Shown: in pieces, positions 1 to 10,211 of the stretch
How the letters are laid out: the number at the start of each line of letters is the position of its first letter
Numbering within the stretch: position 1 is the first letter of the stretch
NCBI GenBank assembly: GCA_039794085.1
Contig: JBDIWC010000005.1
Coordinates: forward strand, 60,793-124,792
Reading direction: 5' to 3'
Source: Gemmatimonadales bacterium
GTDB taxonomy: Bacteria > Gemmatimonadota > Gemmatimonadetes > Gemmatimonadales > GWC2-71-9
DNA length: 64,000 nucleotides
Translations under genes and position numbers: made by a program
Notes under the pieces: generated by a model
Database searches by the model: none
The model's input: only the letters and a program-made list of their open reading frames with translations
What the model was told of the DNA's origin: nothing

Positions 1-100
1 GGGTGACTTCCGGGCCTCGCGCGATGCGATCCGGAGCGAGATGGCATCCCTCGGCCCCTCCCACTCGGGGGCACGGCACCGGCTTGACCGAATCGCGTGA
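1..100 (+). CDS. 3' end of a gene entering from the left edge (unknown, possibly flagellar)
   Basis: Frame from base 2 is open (GDFRASRDAIRSEMASLGPSHSGARHRLDRIA) to TGA at 98-100, just before a sigma28 promoter. Confidence 0.35.
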   Translation, partial: GDFRASRDAIRSEMASLGPSHSGARHRLDRIA

Positions 101-134
101 AGGATCGCGGCTCCGGTGAGTGTGTGGGAGAGGT

Positions 135-161
135 TCAAGTCTCCGACGCACTGACCGATAC
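135..161 (+). promoter_or_regulatory. sigma28 (FliA)-type promoter
   Basis: TCAAGTCT-N11-ACCGATAC versus consensus TAAAGTTT-N11-GCCGATAA, exact spacing; upstream of AAGGAG RBS and the FlgM-like ATG at 187. Confidence 0.7.
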
Positions 162-186
162 TCACAAGCAACAAGGAGATCGACCG

Positions 187-522
187 ATGACGCTGGACAG
201 CATCCCGCCCGATGGGCGACTTCGGCCGGGAGCCGGCCACCTGGGAACGGGAGCGGCCCAGGGTGCCCGCCAGACGGGCCCTGATCGCGCTTCCGCCACG
301 GCGACACCCCGGCCCGCCCTGCCCGCCGTGGATCAGGCCGAGCTCTCTCCGGAAGTCCGGGAGTTGGCCGGCGCCGAGGAGATTCCGACAGGGACCCTCG
401 CGCCGGAGCGCCTGAAGGAGATCCTCGGGCGCCTCGCCCAGGGGGGACACGACCAGCCCGAGGTTCTTGACGCCACCACCGAGGGGGTCCTCCGCGATCT
501 CCGCTCCCATCCCCAGGAGTAA
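187..522 (+). CDS. flgM: FlgM-like anti-sigma28 factor
   Basis: 111 aa, low-complexity N-terminus, D-x-x-ELS motif then ERLKEILGRLAQGGH resembling the FlgM C-terminal helix; sigma28 promoter; flagellar context. Confidence 0.6.
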   Translation: MTLDSIPPDGRLRPGAGHLGTGAAQGARQTGPDRASATATPRPALPAVDQAELSPEVRELAGAEEIPTGTLAPERLKEILGRLAQGGHDQPEVLDATTEGVLRDLRSHPQE

Positions 523-527
523 AGCGC

Positions 528-905
528 ATGAAATGCCTGGTCGTCGATGACTCCGCCACCATGCGGAGGATCGTGGTGAACTCGCTCCGGAACATTGGCT
601 TTGGAGACATTGTCGAGGCCGGTGACGGACAGGAGGCCCTCTCCAAGGTGGGGGAGGGAGGCATCCAACTCGTGGTGACCGACTGGAACATGCCGGTCAT
701 GGGGGGCCTCGAACTGGTCCAGGCACTCCGGGCCAATCCTGTCACCCAGGGACTGCCGATCCTCATGGTCACGACCCGCGGGGCGCAGGAGGACATCGTT
801 CAGGCGGTCCAGGCCGGGGTGTCCAACTATCTGTTGAAGCCGTTCACCCCCCAGGCGCTCAAAGAGAAGATCGACCTGGTCGTTTCCTCCGACTCGATCG
901 CCTGA
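528..905 (+). CDS. cheY: Chemotaxis response regulator CheY
   Basis: Single REC domain: VVDDS, TDWNMP, MVTT, KPFT. Confidence 0.92.
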   Translation: MKCLVVDDSATMRRIVVNSLRNIGFGDIVEAGDGQEALSKVGEGGIQLVVTDWNMPVMGGLELVQALRANPVTQGLPILMVTTRGAQEDIVQAVQAGVSNYLLKPFTPQALKEKIDLVVSSDSIA

Positions 906-922
906 CCCCGGAGAATGCTCCC

Positions 923-1621
923 ATGCCACGGTCCACCGCAGCCGACCTGACCCCGGATCTCCCCGAGACGCTGGAACTGCTCGGCGCCCTCATCACGGCG
1001 GTCCAGTCCCAGGAAATGGAGGAGAGCGGACCGCAGGGGCTCCGTGCCCTCGCCGTGGCGCTCCGCACCCGGCCGCAACTCGCCGAGCTGCCCGGGCTGC
1101 TGCTCAAGACATACAATGAGATCGCGAGCGCTCTCGACGGGATCCGTCTCACCCGCGAAATGATCCAGGCCAACGCCCTGGACCAGATTCAGGACTCGGC
1201 CAATCGTCTCCAGGAAGTGACCTCGACGACGGAGTCCGCCACGATGCAGCTCATGGACGGATTGGACCGCACCCTGGGATTGTTGGATGACCTGGAGCGG
1301 GGGGAAGGCGCCAATGCTGATCGCTATGCGACCCTGCGCGGCCAGGTCAATGAGCTGTTTGCCCATCTTCAGTTTCAGGACATCACCACCCAGCAACTCC
1401 ACGGGGTGGTCCAGCTCCTGGTGGATGTCGAATCCCGCGTCGGTCGTGTCGCCGATCTGTTCGATCAGGCGGTCGGGGGACGCACTATCCTCGCTTCGGA
1501 TGCCCTGACCTCCACCCAGGACTCGTCGAGCCTCGCCTTCAACCCCAACGCAACGACCCGTGATGTGGGAACCAGGCAGGCCTACATTGATGCCGCCTTT
1601 CCCGCTTCCGCTCCTCGCTGA
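923..1621 (+). CDS. cheZ: CheZ-like phosphatase
   Basis: Coiled-coil with TESAT..MD and LQFQDITTQQL (CheZ QFQDxxxQ catalytic motif); directly follows cheY. Confidence 0.75.
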   Translation: MPRSTAADLTPDLPETLELLGALITAVQSQEMEESGPQGLRALAVALRTRPQLAELPGLLLKTYNEIASALDGIRLTREMIQANALDQIQDSANRLQEVTSTTESATMQLMDGLDRTLGLLDDLERGEGANADRYATLRGQVNELFAHLQFQDITTQQLHGVVQLLVDVESRVGRVADLFDQAVGGRTILASDALTSTQDSSSLAFNPNATTRDVGTRQAYIDAAFPASAPR

Positions 1622-2474
1622 GGGGGGCGGGCCCGCCGCCGCCACTCCATCCGGGGAGCCCGTCCCCGAGGCGACTCCGTCCGATCCGGCCACTCACGAG
1701 GCCGCCAAGATGGCCGCCGTCACTACCGCGACGGCCGCCATCGCCCTCCCGTGCATCCGGGCTCTGCGCCTGATCCGGGGCCGACTGGATTCCCTCGATG
1801 CCGCCGTGGACCCCGGCGTCATTCGCGCTCGCCTCCAGGATGCCGCCACCGAGATTGACCGGACTCTTGATCTTCTCGGTCGGGCCCTGCGCATGGCCTA
1901 CCCCCGGCCCGGCCGGGTGGAACCCGTCGAGGTGCGGCTCCTGGTGGAGAACGTGCTGCCCTCGGTACGGGCTGGAATCCCCGCCACCGTTCGCCTGCTC
2001 ACCCGGTACCAGCATCGGGGGGACCGCGTCCTGGCCGACCCGGTTCAGATTCGCGAGGTCCTGCTCCACCTCGCTGTCAACGCCACCGAAGCGATGCCCG
2101 ATGGAGGAACCCTGCAGTTCCAGACCGGGCGCGCCGACGTCGCGGGAGTGCCCCTCTCCACGACAGGCAGTCATGGATTCGCCTGGATCGAAGTGCGCGA
2201 CACCGGACGAGGGATCCCCCCGGACCTCCTCCCCCGCGTCTGTGAGCCATTCGTCACCACAAAAACGAGCGAAGGCTCCGGACTCGGTCTCGCCATTCTC
2301 TACAACGTCCTGCGTGAACACGGGGGCGGCGTGACCATCGAGAGCACGCCGGGAATCGGGACCGCCGTCCGCATGTTCCTCCCCCGTACGCCTGTACCCT
2401 CCGGCCACCCGGGTCGTGCGGCTTCCTCCCCCTTTCTCCTTGATCGGCCCGGCTCTTCGGCAAGCTTCGAGTAG
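1560..2474 (+). CDS. Degenerate histidine kinase (HisKA-like without His, plus HATPase_c); start uncertain
   Basis: G1 DTGRGI, F-box EPFVTTK and G2 GSGLGL present; H-box region reads AIALPCIR instead of GIAHDFNN. Confidence 0.75.
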   Translation: MMWEPGRPTLMPPFPLPLLAEGGGPAAATPSGEPVPEATPSDPATHEAAKMAAVTTATAAIALPCIRALRLIRGRLDSLDAAVDPGVIRARLQDAATEIDRTLDLLGRALRMAYPRPGRVEPVEVRLLVENVLPSVRAGIPATVRLLTRYQHRGDRVLADPVQIREVLLHLAVNATEAMPDGGTLQFQTGRADVAGVPLSTTGSHGFAWIEVRDTGRGIPPDLLPRVCEPFVTTKTSEGSGLGLAILYNVLREHGGGVTIESTPGIGTAVRMFLPRTPVPSGHPGRAASSPFLLDRPGSSASFE

Positions 2475-2635
2475 ACGCCTTCGCCGCGGAATCCCGCGCG
2501 CGCTGAAGGACCTGGCGCGTGCCTCCCCCCCCCCGGGACGAACTCACAAAACTCCCTCCGTCCGCCGATAGTCATGCTCAGGGCAAGGTGAGTCGAAGGC
2601 AGGAGTCCCCAATACCAGAACCTCGGAGGCTGGAC

Positions 2636-3850
2636 ATGTTCATGCGTGCGAGTGTCGTACTCTTTCTCGGGATGCTTGGTGCGGGAAGCCTGGCGAGCCA
2701 GGCCGTCCCGGATTCGACCCTGCGGGGCATTCGGCGGCACACGCCGAGCGGCGAGTACACCGATCCCGCCAGTTTCTTTCGCTTCCATGGCTATGTGTCT
2801 CTGAGCTACACCGAGTCTGGCACAGATCTGGGCACCGATCCGGGGGCCACCCCGCAGATCCTTGTTCCCGGACCGGGGCGGCGAGGCAAGGCTCAAGGGG
2901 GATTCCGGTCTGATGCCGCCTTGTTCGTCGGAGGAGAGCCCTTTGAGAATGTGTCGGGGTTGGTCGAGATCCACTTCGTGGGCAATGCCTTGGATCCCGT
3001 CATCACTGAAGCGAAAGTCACCTGGGATGTCATCCCGGCCGGACCAGGTCGCCGGTCCGCTTTCCGTCTCATCGCAGGCCGGTTCTGGACCCCCTTTGGC
3101 ATCCATAACAATGAGTGGTTCAGCGCCCTCAACCGGTTCAGCCTCGTCTCGCCGGCCGCTGCGGAGGCAGTCCCCGCCCATGTCAATGAGGTGGGCATCA
3201 TGGCCGAGGGAGAAACCCAGATCGGGGAGGGGACAGGAATCAACTGGGTGGCGTCCCTCGGGAATGGGGTGCCCGGATTCGACCTCATGCCCAATGTCGC
3301 GGGAACGGGACAGGATGGAGACGCCAACCGGACGGTGACCGGGCGGGTGGCATTCGTGACCGGGAGCCGGGTGCGCTTCTCCATAGGCGGCAGCGCCATG
3401 GTTGGCACGATGAGAGACGGGGAAGATCCCTCCCGGGCGGTCGATGATGTGATGCGTTATGGCGCCGATGTCCAGGCCTTGGGCGGCGACCTCTCCGTCA
3501 AGTCACACCGGATCAATCTGCGAAGCTACCTGTACTGGTCCCGCGAGGACCTCGACGACGCGCCCGTGTCCGAAATCGACCGCCTGGGACTCACCGTGGA
3601 GCCCTCGGTTACCCTCTGGTCACAGGGCGCCTCTGGGCGCGCCGTGGAACTGGTGGGTCGGGCGAGCACCGCGCGGGAAGAGACCCTGTCGGGACAGACC
3701 CACCGCCGAACCCAATTCGCCCTTGGCCTGCTGGCCCGGGTGCGGCGCATGACCTGGGTCAGGATCGGGTATGTCGGACAAACGGAGGGACGCGCCCTGC
3801 CGTCGCAGTCGAATGACGCCTTCTCGCTCGGCGTGACCACCAGCTTCTGA
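2636..3850 (+). CDS. Outer-membrane beta-barrel / porin-like protein
   Basis: GGAGG RBS, signal peptide, alternating beta-strand pattern, GRFWTPFG motif, C-terminal Phe. Confidence 0.7.
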   Translation: MFMRASVVLFLGMLGAGSLASQAVPDSTLRGIRRHTPSGEYTDPASFFRFHGYVSLSYTESGTDLGTDPGATPQILVPGPGRRGKAQGGFRSDAALFVGGEPFENVSGLVEIHFVGNALDPVITEAKVTWDVIPAGPGRRSAFRLIAGRFWTPFGIHNNEWFSALNRFSLVSPAAAEAVPAHVNEVGIMAEGETQIGEGTGINWVASLGNGVPGFDLMPNVAGTGQDGDANRTVTGRVAFVTGSRVRFSIGGSAMVGTMRDGEDPSRAVDDVMRYGADVQALGGDLSVKSHRINLRSYLYWSREDLDDAPVSEIDRLGLTVEPSVTLWSQGASGRAVELVGRASTAREETLSGQTHRRTQFALGLLARVRRMTWVRIGYVGQTEGRALPSQSNDAFSLGVTTSF

Positions 3851-3866
3851 CTCCAGGGAGGCACCA

Positions 3867-4445
3867 ATGTCGTGGACAGGTTCTCCCCGGCCCTTGCGCG
3901 GGGGCGTACAGGTCGCCTTGGGTCTGATGCTGGCCGTCGGAACCCCGGGCACCGGGATGGCACAGGAGGTGATGGGGGGGCATGAGGCGGAGATTCTCCT
4001 CAAGGGCCTCAGTTATGACCGCGCCTCGGGCACTCGAGGCGGCGGTGCGCTCCGGATAGTGGTTGTGCATGCGGTGGACGGACGGGCCGATGCCGAGGCC
4101 CTGGCCCTCCTCCTGGCCGCGGCAGGACCGGGGGGAAAGGCCACCGCCATCGCCATCCCCTTTGCCAGCGTGGCGCAGCTGATGGCAACGCTGGAAAAGG
4201 AGGGTGCCACGGCACTCTTTGTCCATCGCTCCGCGGCCGCGATCGTCACCTCCCTCACCCAGGTGAGCCGGGGTCGCAAGATCCCCACCCTGGCCCATGA
4301 GGCGGCCATGGTGGACCGGGGTGTGGCTCTGGGGGTGCGCGGCAGCGGAGCCTCGGCCCGTCTTGTGGTGAACTTGCGCGCCGCCAAGGTGGAGGGAATG
4401 GACCTGCCGGCGGCCGTCCTCGCCACTGCCACGGTCATCCAATAG
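3867..4445 (+). CDS. YfiR/HmsC-family periplasmic regulator
   Basis: Signal peptide; C-terminal [27 protein letters not shown] is typical of the YfiR family. Confidence 0.75.
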   Translation: MSWTGSPRPLRGGVQVALGLMLAVGTPGTGMAQEVMGGHEAEILLKGLSYDRASGTRGGGALRIVVVHAVDGRADAEALALLLAAAGPGGKATAIAIPFASVAQLMATLEKEGATALFVHRSAAAIVTSLTQVSRGRKIPTLAHEAAMVDRGVALGVRGSGASARLVVNLRAAKVEGMDLPAAVLATATVIQ

Positions 4446-4453
4446 GAGGAGAC

Positions 4454-6301
4454 ATGAAAAAACGACTCGGAGAACTGCTCTCCGGACTCACGTTGGAACG
4501 CAGACTTATTCTGACGTCGCTGGGCATCGGCATGGCGCTCGCGGCGTTCACCCTGGTGTTCGTGCCTTGGGAACTCCGTCGTGTGGCCGGAGGGGGGCTG
4601 GAACAGAAGGGGGAAGCCCTGGCGGACCTCCTGGCCCGCACCAGCGCGCCCTCGGTCGAATTCGGCGACCTGTCGTCCCTCCAGCAGCTCCTGGCCGGCG
4701 TCGCCGAAGACCCGGACTTTGCCGGGGCTCTCGTGCGTAACGCCGAAGGACAGGTCCTGACTGCGGTCCCCGAGACGCTCACTGCGGACAGCATCGGAGC
4801 GGGAGTGTCGCGGGGCCTTCTCGTGGTCGAGAAATCCATCGAGGGGGCGGGCCGGCAGGTGGGCGGCCTGGCACTGATGCTCTCATCCAGCCGCAGCCGG
4901 GCCACCCAGCGTGAGGTGGTCCTGATCCTCGTGGGAGTCACTCTCGGGCTTGCTCTCCTCGGGTGGTGGATCACCCGGCGCCAGGCCCGGCGCATCGGAG
5001 GGGCTATCGCGGATGTGGTCCGGGTGGCCCGGGAAATGGCCGACGGCAACCTGAACCCCCTCATGAGCACCAGCGAGGGAACGGCGCGCGACGAGATCGC
5101 TCTCCTCACCGACGCCCTGGGCCGAACCCTCGCGGGGATGCGCGAGGCGCTGGAGTGCGAGCGGGTGGACTGGTCGGACGTGGGAGCCCAGCGCCTCGCG
5201 ACCGAGCGGCACCGGGCAGAACTGTCCTCGCGAGCGGACCGGGAGCGGGAACAACACGAGACTCTTCAATCAGAGGTGGGGCGGGTTCTCGATGTGGTGC
5301 ACGCCGCGGTGGACGGGGACTTGACCCGTCCCATGCCCCCCCTCACCGAACCGACCGTGGCCCGCCTGGGCCAAGCGCTGGGTGACCTTCTCACCGACCT
5401 CCGCCAGCGCATCGGCGCCATCAATGGACAGGTGGCCGCCCTCGCGGGAGCCGCCACCGAAATGGCCGAAGTGGCGGAAAGCCTTGACCTGGAGGCACGG
5501 GAAGCCCGCCACCAAGTCGGGGAGGCGGCCGAGGTGGTGACGGCGGTGGATACCGCCGTCACCACCGTGAGTGGAAGTGTCGAGAGCCTGACGGACTCGC
5601 TCCAACAGGTTGCCACCCATGCGGTCGAGGCCTCCACCGTGGGGCAGTCCGCCATTCAGGCCCTGGAGGAAGCCGACGAGACGATGCGCCGCCTGAGCCG
5701 CTCGTCCGGAGAAATCGGGGATGTGGTGCGGACCATCACCGAGATTGCGAGCCAGACCAATCTGCTCGCCCTCAACGCCACCATCGAGGCGGCTCGCGCC
5801 GGCGAAGCGGGCAAGGGCTTTGCGGTCGTGGCCAACGAAGTGAAGGATCTCGCGAGGGGTACCGCCCGGGCCACCGACGAGATCGGTGGCAAGATCGCCA
5901 CCCTGCAGTCCGACAGCGGTGATTCGGTGCAGTCGATCGCCCGAATCGACGAAGTGATCCGTCGCATCAACGACATCCAGTCGGGCATCACCGATTCCGC
6001 CGGCCGCCAGCGAAGCACGGCAGGCGCGATCGGGGCTCAGGTGGTGGATGTGGCCCAGGGAAGCTCCCGCATCAAGGCGATCATGGACCGGGTGGCCACC
6101 GGAGCCGAGCGCACGACCGCGGGAGCCGCCCGGACCTTCCAGGCCTCCCGAGCCCTGACCGGCCACGCGGACGAGTTGGGGATGCTGGTGGCCCACTTCC
6201 AGGTCGGATCCTCCGGCGGAGACCGGACCCACGAGGATCCTTCCCCGGAACCTCGGTCCCCCCGGCACCGCCGGTCCGCACCTGTCCCCGTTCCGGGTTG
6301 A
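4454..6301 (+). CDS. Methyl-accepting chemotaxis protein (2 TM, small periplasmic domain, HAMP)
   Basis: AGGAG RBS; two TM segments; HAMP (RDEIALL); signalling hairpin [34 protein letters not shown]. Confidence 0.93.
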   Translation: MKKRLGELLSGLTLERRLILTSLGIGMALAAFTLVFVPWELRRVAGGGLEQKGEALADLLARTSAPSVEFGDLSSLQQLLAGVAEDPDFAGALVRNAEGQVLTAVPETLTADSIGAGVSRGLLVVEKSIEGAGRQVGGLALMLSSSRSRATQREVVLILVGVTLGLALLGWWITRRQARRIGGAIADVVRVAREMADGNLNPLMSTSEGTARDEIALLTDALGRTLAGMREALECERVDWSDVGAQRLATERHRAELSSRADREREQHETLQSEVGRVLDVVHAAVDGDLTRPMPPLTEPTVARLGQALGDLLTDLRQRIGAINGQVAALAGAATEMAEVAESLDLEAREARHQVGEAAEVVTAVDTAVTTVSGSVESLTDSLQQVATHAVEASTVGQSAIQALEEADETMRRLSRSSGEIGDVVRTITEIASQTNLLALNATIEAARAGEAGKGFAVVANEVKDLARGTARATDEIGGKIATLQSDSGDSVQSIARIDEVIRRINDIQSGITDSAGRQRSTAGAIGAQVVDVAQGSSRIKAIMDRVATGAERTTAGAARTFQASRALTGHADELGMLVAHFQVGSSGGDRTHEDPSPEPRSPRHRRSAPVPVPG

Positions 6302-6318
6302 GATGGTCCCCCGGGGAT

Positions 6319-6346
6319 TCAAGACCGCCACGGGACACTCCGATAC
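6319..6346 (+). promoter_or_regulatory. Possible second sigma28 promoter
   Basis: TCAAG...TCCGATAC, one base longer spacing than the site at 135-161; upstream of the PAS-MCP/cheA operon. Confidence 0.45.
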
Positions 6347-6419
6347 TCTGGCAGGGTCACTTCGGCCTCCCGATGTCGCCCGGCCGGTGATAGATGGCTC
6401 ACCCACGATGGAGAATGCA

Positions 6420-7886
6420 ATGACGAATGCTGTGGATGCCCACGCCAGGACACGGGGCCTCGCCGGCGGGGGCACGCCGCGACAGGAACCCCGGCGGTGG
6501 TTCGCCACGCGTGACGCCCGGATCGCCGAGCGGGAATGGAAGGCCCGGATGAGCGCAATCGACGCCGCGATGGCGGTGATCGAGTTCCGAATGGATGGCA
6601 CCATTCTGGAGGCGAACGCGAACTTCCTCTCGACGATGGGGTATTCCGCCACCGAGATCATCGGCCGCCACCACAGCGTTTTCGTGCCGCCCGACCAGCA
6701 GGGTCGGGAATACCGTGAGTTCTGGGCCGCGCTGAACAGGGGAGAGCACCAGAAAGGGGAATTCTCCCGGATCGGAAAGGGCGGGAAGGAGGTCTGGATC
6801 GAGGGATCCTACTCACCCATTCTGGATGCGGCTGGAACGCCGGTCAAGGTGGTGAAGCACTCGATCGATGTGACGAGCCGGGTCCGGATGGAGCGGGAGG
6901 TGCGGGAGGCCCGTGAACGGGAGCAGGCCGAATCCGAGGCCCTGTACCGAAAGGTGCAGTCGCTTCTCGAGGTGGTGACCGAGGCGGCCGACGGAGACCT
7001 CACCCGCGACATCCCCTTCCGAGGCACCGACCCGATCGGACGAATGGCCGACGGCCTGGACCGGCTCCTGATCCAGTTCCGCCAGAGTCTCGGGACCATC
7101 AAACAGACCGTCCACACCATGGCGGCGGCGACCGGAGACATCGAGCGCATCGGGCGCGAGATCCACGACCGGGCCGGGGACACGTCCTCCCAGGCACAAG
7201 TGGTCTCGGTGGCCTCCGAGGAGGTGTCCGCCAACGTGCAAACGGTGGCGGCCGGCGCCGAGGAGATGACGGCGAGCATCAAGGAAATCGCGACCAATGC
7301 CACCGCTGCCGCGCGCGTGGCGAGCCGGGCCGTGGCCGTCGCCGAAGCCACCAACCGGACCGTGGGCAAGCTCGGTGAGTCGAGTGCGGAGATCGGGCAG
7401 GTCATCAAGGTCATCACCTCCATTGCGCAGCAGACCAATCTGCTGGCGCTGAACGCGACCATCGAAGCGGCGCGGGCTGGAGAGGCGGGCAAGGGGTTCG
7501 CCGTGGTGGCCAACGAGGTCAAGGAGCTCGCCAAGGCCACCGCCAAGGCGACCGAAGAGATCAGCGGCAAGATCGAGGCGATTCAGTGCGACACCAGCGG
7601 AGCGGTGACCGCCATCGGGGAAATCAGCGGAATCATCACCCAGATCAGCGACCTCCAGACAACCATCGCGAGCGCCGTGGAGGAACAAACCGCGACCACG
7701 GCCGAGATCGGGAGAAACGTGACCGAAGCCGCGAAGGGGACGGGGGAAATCGCCTCCACGATCACCGGCGTCGCCCAGGCGGCTGTGGCCACCACCGATG
7801 GAGCCCGGGAGGCCACGAAGGCCGCGGAGAACCTCCGCCGTACCACCACCACACTCGAAGAGCTCGTGGCCCGGTTCCGGACCTGA
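6420..7886 (+). CDS. Cytoplasmic PAS-domain MCP (BdlA/Aer-like)
   Basis: PAS/PAC ([19 protein letters not shown]...EFWAAL...WIEGSYSPI), HAMP-like segment, MCP hairpin, no TM; GGAGAA before ATG 6420. Confidence 0.9.
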   Translation: MTNAVDAHARTRGLAGGGTPRQEPRRWFATRDARIAEREWKARMSAIDAAMAVIEFRMDGTILEANANFLSTMGYSATEIIGRHHSVFVPPDQQGREYREFWAALNRGEHQKGEFSRIGKGGKEVWIEGSYSPILDAAGTPVKVVKHSIDVTSRVRMEREVREAREREQAESEALYRKVQSLLEVVTEAADGDLTRDIPFRGTDPIGRMADGLDRLLIQFRQSLGTIKQTVHTMAAATGDIERIGREIHDRAGDTSSQAQVVSVASEEVSANVQTVAAGAEEMTASIKEIATNATAAARVASRAVAVAEATNRTVGKLGESSAEIGQVIKVITSIAQQTNLLALNATIEAARAGEAGKGFAVVANEVKELAKATAKATEEISGKIEAIQCDTSGAVTAIGEISGIITQISDLQTTIASAVEEQTATTAEIGRNVTEAAKGTGEIASTITGVAQAAVATTDGAREATKAAENLRRTTTTLEELVARFRT

Positions 7887-7929
7887 ATCCGGACGACACG
7901 CCCCTTACCTTGGCGATCAGGAGTGCATC

Positions 7930-10209
7930 ATGCAGGATGTCGATGAAATCGTACAGGAGTTCCTCGTGGAGTCGGTCGAGGGGCTTGACCAGATGGACCG
8001 GGACCTGGTGGCCCTCGAGAGACGGCCCGCTGACGTCGAACTGTTGGGCCGCATCTTTCGCTGCATCCACTCCATCAAGGGTGCCAGCGGATTCCTCGGG
8101 TTTTCCCGGCTCGGCGATGTGGCCCACGCCGGCGAGAGTCTCCTCAGCGAACTGCGTGACGGCCGCCTGGTACTCACGCCGGCGATTACCAGCGCCCTCC
8201 TCCAACTCGTCGACGCGATCCGCCTCATCCTGGACCACGTCCGGGACACGGGAAAGGACGGCACGGAGGAATGGGGGGCCTTGATCTCCCTCTTCCAGAC
8301 CCTCCAGGGAGGGCACGACGGCAACGGGAATGGGAACGGGAACGGGAACGGGAATGGACACCACCCTGCGGAGTCTCCCGCCTTGGTCCCATCGGAAGAA
8401 CTCGGGGACGTCGCTGCCGCGGCCGACACCCCGGATCCGGAGTCCGCCGGGATTCCTCCCGGCTCGAGCCCACCGCCGGTGGCGCTGGAGCGCCGGACCG
8501 ACACCGTGGCCCGGAGCAACATCCGGGTGGACGTGGGACTGCTCGACCGGCTCATGAACCTCGTGGGGGAGCTCGTCCTCGCCCGGAACCAGGTCGTGCG
8601 CCATACCTCGCTCAAGGCCGACGCCGGTCTCACCGCCACGGCCCAGCGGCTCAATCTGATCACCACGGAGCTGCAGGAAGGGGTGATGAAGACCCGCATG
8701 CAGCCCATCGGCAATGTGTGGAGCAAGTTCCCCCGCGTGGTGCGGGATCTGGCGGTGCAGTGCCACAAGCAAGCCCGGATCGAGATGGAGGGCCGCGAGA
8801 CCGAACTCGACAAGACCATCATCGAGGCGATCACCGACCCCCTCACCCACGTGGTCCGCAACTCGATGGACCATGGGCTCGAGGGACCGGAGGAACGCCT
8901 CGCCGCGGGGAAGCCCGCCGAGGGTCGTCTTCTCCTCCGCGCCTATCACGAGGGGGGACAGGTCAACATTGAGGTCTCCGATGATGGCCGCGGCATCGAC
9001 CCGGACCGGATCAAGGCCAAGGCCGTCCAGAAGGGAATCCTCACCGCCGAAGTGGCGGCCCGCCTCGGTGAGCGGGAAGTCTTCGACCTGGTCTTCGCCC
9101 CGGGGTTCTCCACCGCGGCCGAGGTCACGGCGGTGTCGGGTCGCGGGGTTGGCATGGATGTGGTGCGCACCAACATCGAGCGGATCGGCGGCACGGTCGA
9201 TCTGCAGAGCGTGATGGGACAGGGAACCACCCTCCGCATGAAGATCCCCCTCACCCTCGCCATCATCCCCGCCCTCACCGTGTCGAGCCGGGGAATACGC
9301 TACGCCATTCCGCAGGTGAATCTCCTGGAACTCGTCCGCGTGGATCCTGCCGGTGCCGGGCCGGGGATCGAACTGGTTCACGACGCGCCGGTCTTTCGGC
9401 TGCGAGGGGATCTCCTCCCCCTCGTGGACCTGGCCCAGGCCCTCGGTGGACCCCGCAGGCACTGGACCGCCGGCGGATCGCAGGACGCGATCAGCATCGT
9501 CGTGCTCCACGTCGACGGACGACCCTTTGGCCTGATCGTGGATGACATCACAGACACAGAGGAAATCGTCGTCAAGCCGCTCAGCAAGCTCCTGAAGAAC
9601 GCCATGCTCTTCGCCGGCGCCACCATCATGGGCGATGGCTGCGTGGCCCTCATCCTCGACGTGCCAAGCCTGGCCCACAAGGCGGCGGTTCTCGCGACAG
9701 GCCAGGGCACCCGCCGCGAAGTCGAGGAGGAGGATGACCAGGACCAGACCCGCCGAGCGGCGACCCGCCTCCTCATCTTTCATCTCGGGGATCATCACCG
9801 GATGGCGGTGCCACTCTCCGAGATCTCCAGGCTCGAGGAGTTCCCCGCCGATGCGGTGGAATGGGCCGGGCATGAACGCGTTGTCCAGTATCGCGGAGCC
9901 ATCATGCCCCTCATCCACCTGGCCGACGTCCTGGGACACCAGGCGACGAGCCCGGTGTCCGGCCCCTTGCCGGTCGTGGTGTACGCGCGACGGGGCAAGC
10001 CGGTTGGCATCGTCGTCGGAAAAATTCTCGACATCATCGAGGAAACTCTCCCCCCTGAGGTCGCGAATTCCGCCCTTCCCAGGCAGTCCGTCGTGCTCCA
10101 GGGCCGGGTGACCGACCTGCTGGATCTCGAGGCGGTGATCGCGTCCCACGATGTCGTGCAGCCCGACTCTGCCTACTCAACCCCGGCGCTTGCCGACACG
10201 GGAGTCTGA
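7930..10209 (+). CDS. cheA: Chemotaxis histidine kinase CheA with two CheW domains, no P2
   Basis: Hpt FRCIHSIKG, dimerisation IRVDVGLLDRLMNLVGEL, HVVRNSMDHG, GRGVGMDVV, two CheW-like domains. Confidence 0.96.
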   Translation: MQDVDEIVQEFLVESVEGLDQMDRDLVALERRPADVELLGRIFRCIHSIKGASGFLGFSRLGDVAHAGESLLSELRDGRLVLTPAITSALLQLVDAIRLILDHVRDTGKDGTEEWGALISLFQTLQGGHDGNGNGNGNGNGNGHHPAESPALVPSEELGDVAAAADTPDPESAGIPPGSSPPPVALERRTDTVARSNIRVDVGLLDRLMNLVGELVLARNQVVRHTSLKADAGLTATAQRLNLITTELQEGVMKTRMQPIGNVWSKFPRVVRDLAVQCHKQARIEMEGRETELDKTIIEAITDPLTHVVRNSMDHGLEGPEERLAAGKPAEGRLLLRAYHEGGQVNIEVSDDGRGIDPDRIKAKAVQKGILTAEVAARLGEREVFDLVFAPGFSTAAEVTAVSGRGVGMDVVRTNIERIGGTVDLQSVMGQGTTLRMKIPLTLAIIPALTVSSRGIRYAIPQVNLLELVRVDPAGAGPGIELVHDAPVFRLRGDLLPLVDLAQALGGPRRHWTAGGSQDAISIVVLHVDGRPFGLIVDDITDTEEIVVKPLSKLLKNAMLFAGATIMGDGCVALILDVPSLAHKAAVLATGQGTRREVEEEDDQDQTRRAATRLLIFHLGDHHRMAVPLSEISRLEEFPADAVEWAGHERVVQYRGAIMPLIHLADVLGHQATSPVSGPLPVVVYARRGKPVGIVVGKILDIIEETLPPEVANSALPRQSVVLQGRVTDLLDLEAVIASHDVVQPDSAYSTPALADTGV
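8320..8358 (+). repeat. In-frame hexamer repeat (GGSAAY)x6 encoding (GN)6
   Basis: GGCAAC GGGAAT GGGAAC GGGAAC GGGAAC GGGAAT GGA in the CheA post-Hpt linker. Confidence 0.9.
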
Positions 10210-10211
10210 CC

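Noticed and set aside
2525..2534. C10 tract as a phase-variable promoter element
   Set aside because: Intergenic and upstream of the putative promoter elements; C runs are common in this GC-rich DNA.
7762..10149. Long antisense ORFs (for example 795 aa opposite cheA, 682 aa opposite phoR, 532 aa opposite nupC/PNP)
   Set aside because: Shadow ORFs expected from high-GC codon bias; no motifs.
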